Assembly: GCA_016840425.1 (NCBI GenBank)
Contig: JAEOSI010000136.1
Span: 1 to 6,214 of the forward strand
Direction of reading: 5' to 3'
From: Candidatus Wukongarchaeum yapensis
Lineage (GTDB): Archaea > Asgardarchaeota > Wukongarchaeia > Wukongarchaeales > Wukongarchaeaceae
DNA length: 6,214 nt
Shown here: piece by piece, positions 5,459-6,214 of the stretch
Layout of the letters: every line of letters starts with the position of its first letter
Numbering within the stretch: the stretch's first letter is position 1
Notes under the pieces: generated by a model
Told to the model about the DNA's origin: nothing
What the model saw: the letters and a program-made list of their open reading frames with translations, nothing else
Databases searched by the model: none
Position numbers and translations under genes: made by a program

Positions 5459-6214
5459 TCAAATACCTTTGAGCCTGCCGACCCGCACCTTACTGCTCCC
5501 CACCTTCCTAATATACTCCTTCTCGTTCTCTATCACTTTAGAAAGATCCTTTATAGAACTATGATAAAGATTGGTGTATCCGAAAACGACCCCCTCCTTA
5601 TGTCAAGGTACAAGACAACCAAACGCTCGCAAAGATACTCATATCGCGCCCTTTCAACCTTCGTTAAACGCCAAAAATAGTCAAAACCAGTCAACTTGTT
5701 CTGCTGCCTGCTGTTAACAATGATCTTGTCCCTCACCAAGCGAAGAGGCTTAAACACGCGGCTGTCCGTGTTTTCTAGCTTTATTTGCGTTCGAAGAATA
5801 GCCTCTTTCAACAGTGTTTCCTTGTCCTTTTCCCGTTCTATAGCGGTGACAAGGTAGCCCTGTTCAAAAGGAGTCTCATAATCGTGCAACCTGTAACCGC
5901 GGACAAAAACCAAACCCTTCCGCTCCAAGTTACGCACGCTAGCCATAACAGACCTAGGCACCCCAGCCCCTCCCTCACCTCCGTGGTAAAAAACGTGCTG
6001 TCAATGTTCTCATACAAAAACCTCAAACCCTGAAAAATGCCTCTCTGCACAGGCAAAGCTTAAACATAGTAACTGCGCATATTATAAGACACCCCGCCCC
6101 CACCTTAACATCCCTACAACGCTCCCTCAAAGGTTCCTTTGTACGCCAAACCTTGCTCCCTTGATATAAACGGCAAAGAGCGTTCCAATCAGCCACCTTG
6201 CCCCTCCCAGTAAC
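5459..6214 (-). pseudogene. Winged-helix-containing protein gene, multiply disrupted, 5' end outside the window
   Basis: Reconstruction: ...WNALCRLYQGSKVWRTKEPLRERCRDVKVGAG/VSYNMRSYYV*ALPVQRGIFQGLRFLYENIDSTFFTTEVREGLG/VPRSVMASVRNLERKGLVFVRGYRLHDYETPFEQGYLVTAI...LYLDIR/EGVVFGYTNLYHSSIKDLSKVIENEKEYIRKVGSSKVRVGRLKGI*. The -1 shifts are at C-runs 6092-6095, 5961-5964 and 5590-5594, with TAA at 6060-6062. EVREGLG..SVMASVRNLERKGLV is a wHTH recognition helix plus wing. Confidence 0.7.

Noticed and set aside
5177-6033. Plus-strand ORFs 5177-5377, 5337-5564, 5444-5680 and 5785-6033
   Set aside because: Antisense to the minus-strand pseudogenes; no recognisable motifs.
1-6214. tRNA, rRNA, CRISPR array, IS terminal repeats or att sites
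   Set aside because: No cloverleaf, regularly spaced repeat-spacer units, transposase or integrase motifs, or long flanking direct repeats were seen by eye.

Overview
Archaeal chromosomal window, judged from the gene families, GGTGA/AGGAG Shine-Dalgarno motifs and TATA-like boxes. Left part (280-1735): two intact convergent genes, a COG1340-type archaeal coiled-coil protein and a TIGR00288/LabA-type NYN protein whose catalytic acidic residues look degenerate. Next comes a small ribbon-helix-helix (RHH) gene with an operator-like repeat array, followed by decayed DNA the ORF track misses (about 2380-3375): a broken C-terminal UvrD/Rep helicase fragment and two AbrB-like remnants. Then an intact cassette (3455-5095): RHH regulator, A/V-type ATPase subunit C (AC39/V0-d family) and proteolipid subunit K, with no other ATPase subunit nearby. 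The right end is decayed again: a frameshifted membrane ORF and a winged-helix gene broken by three frameshifts and a nonsense codon. The best candidate for something new is the stand-alone, possibly autoregulated C+K rotor module preserved inside decaying mobile-element-like DNA. All family calls are from motif recognition by eye; no database search was run.
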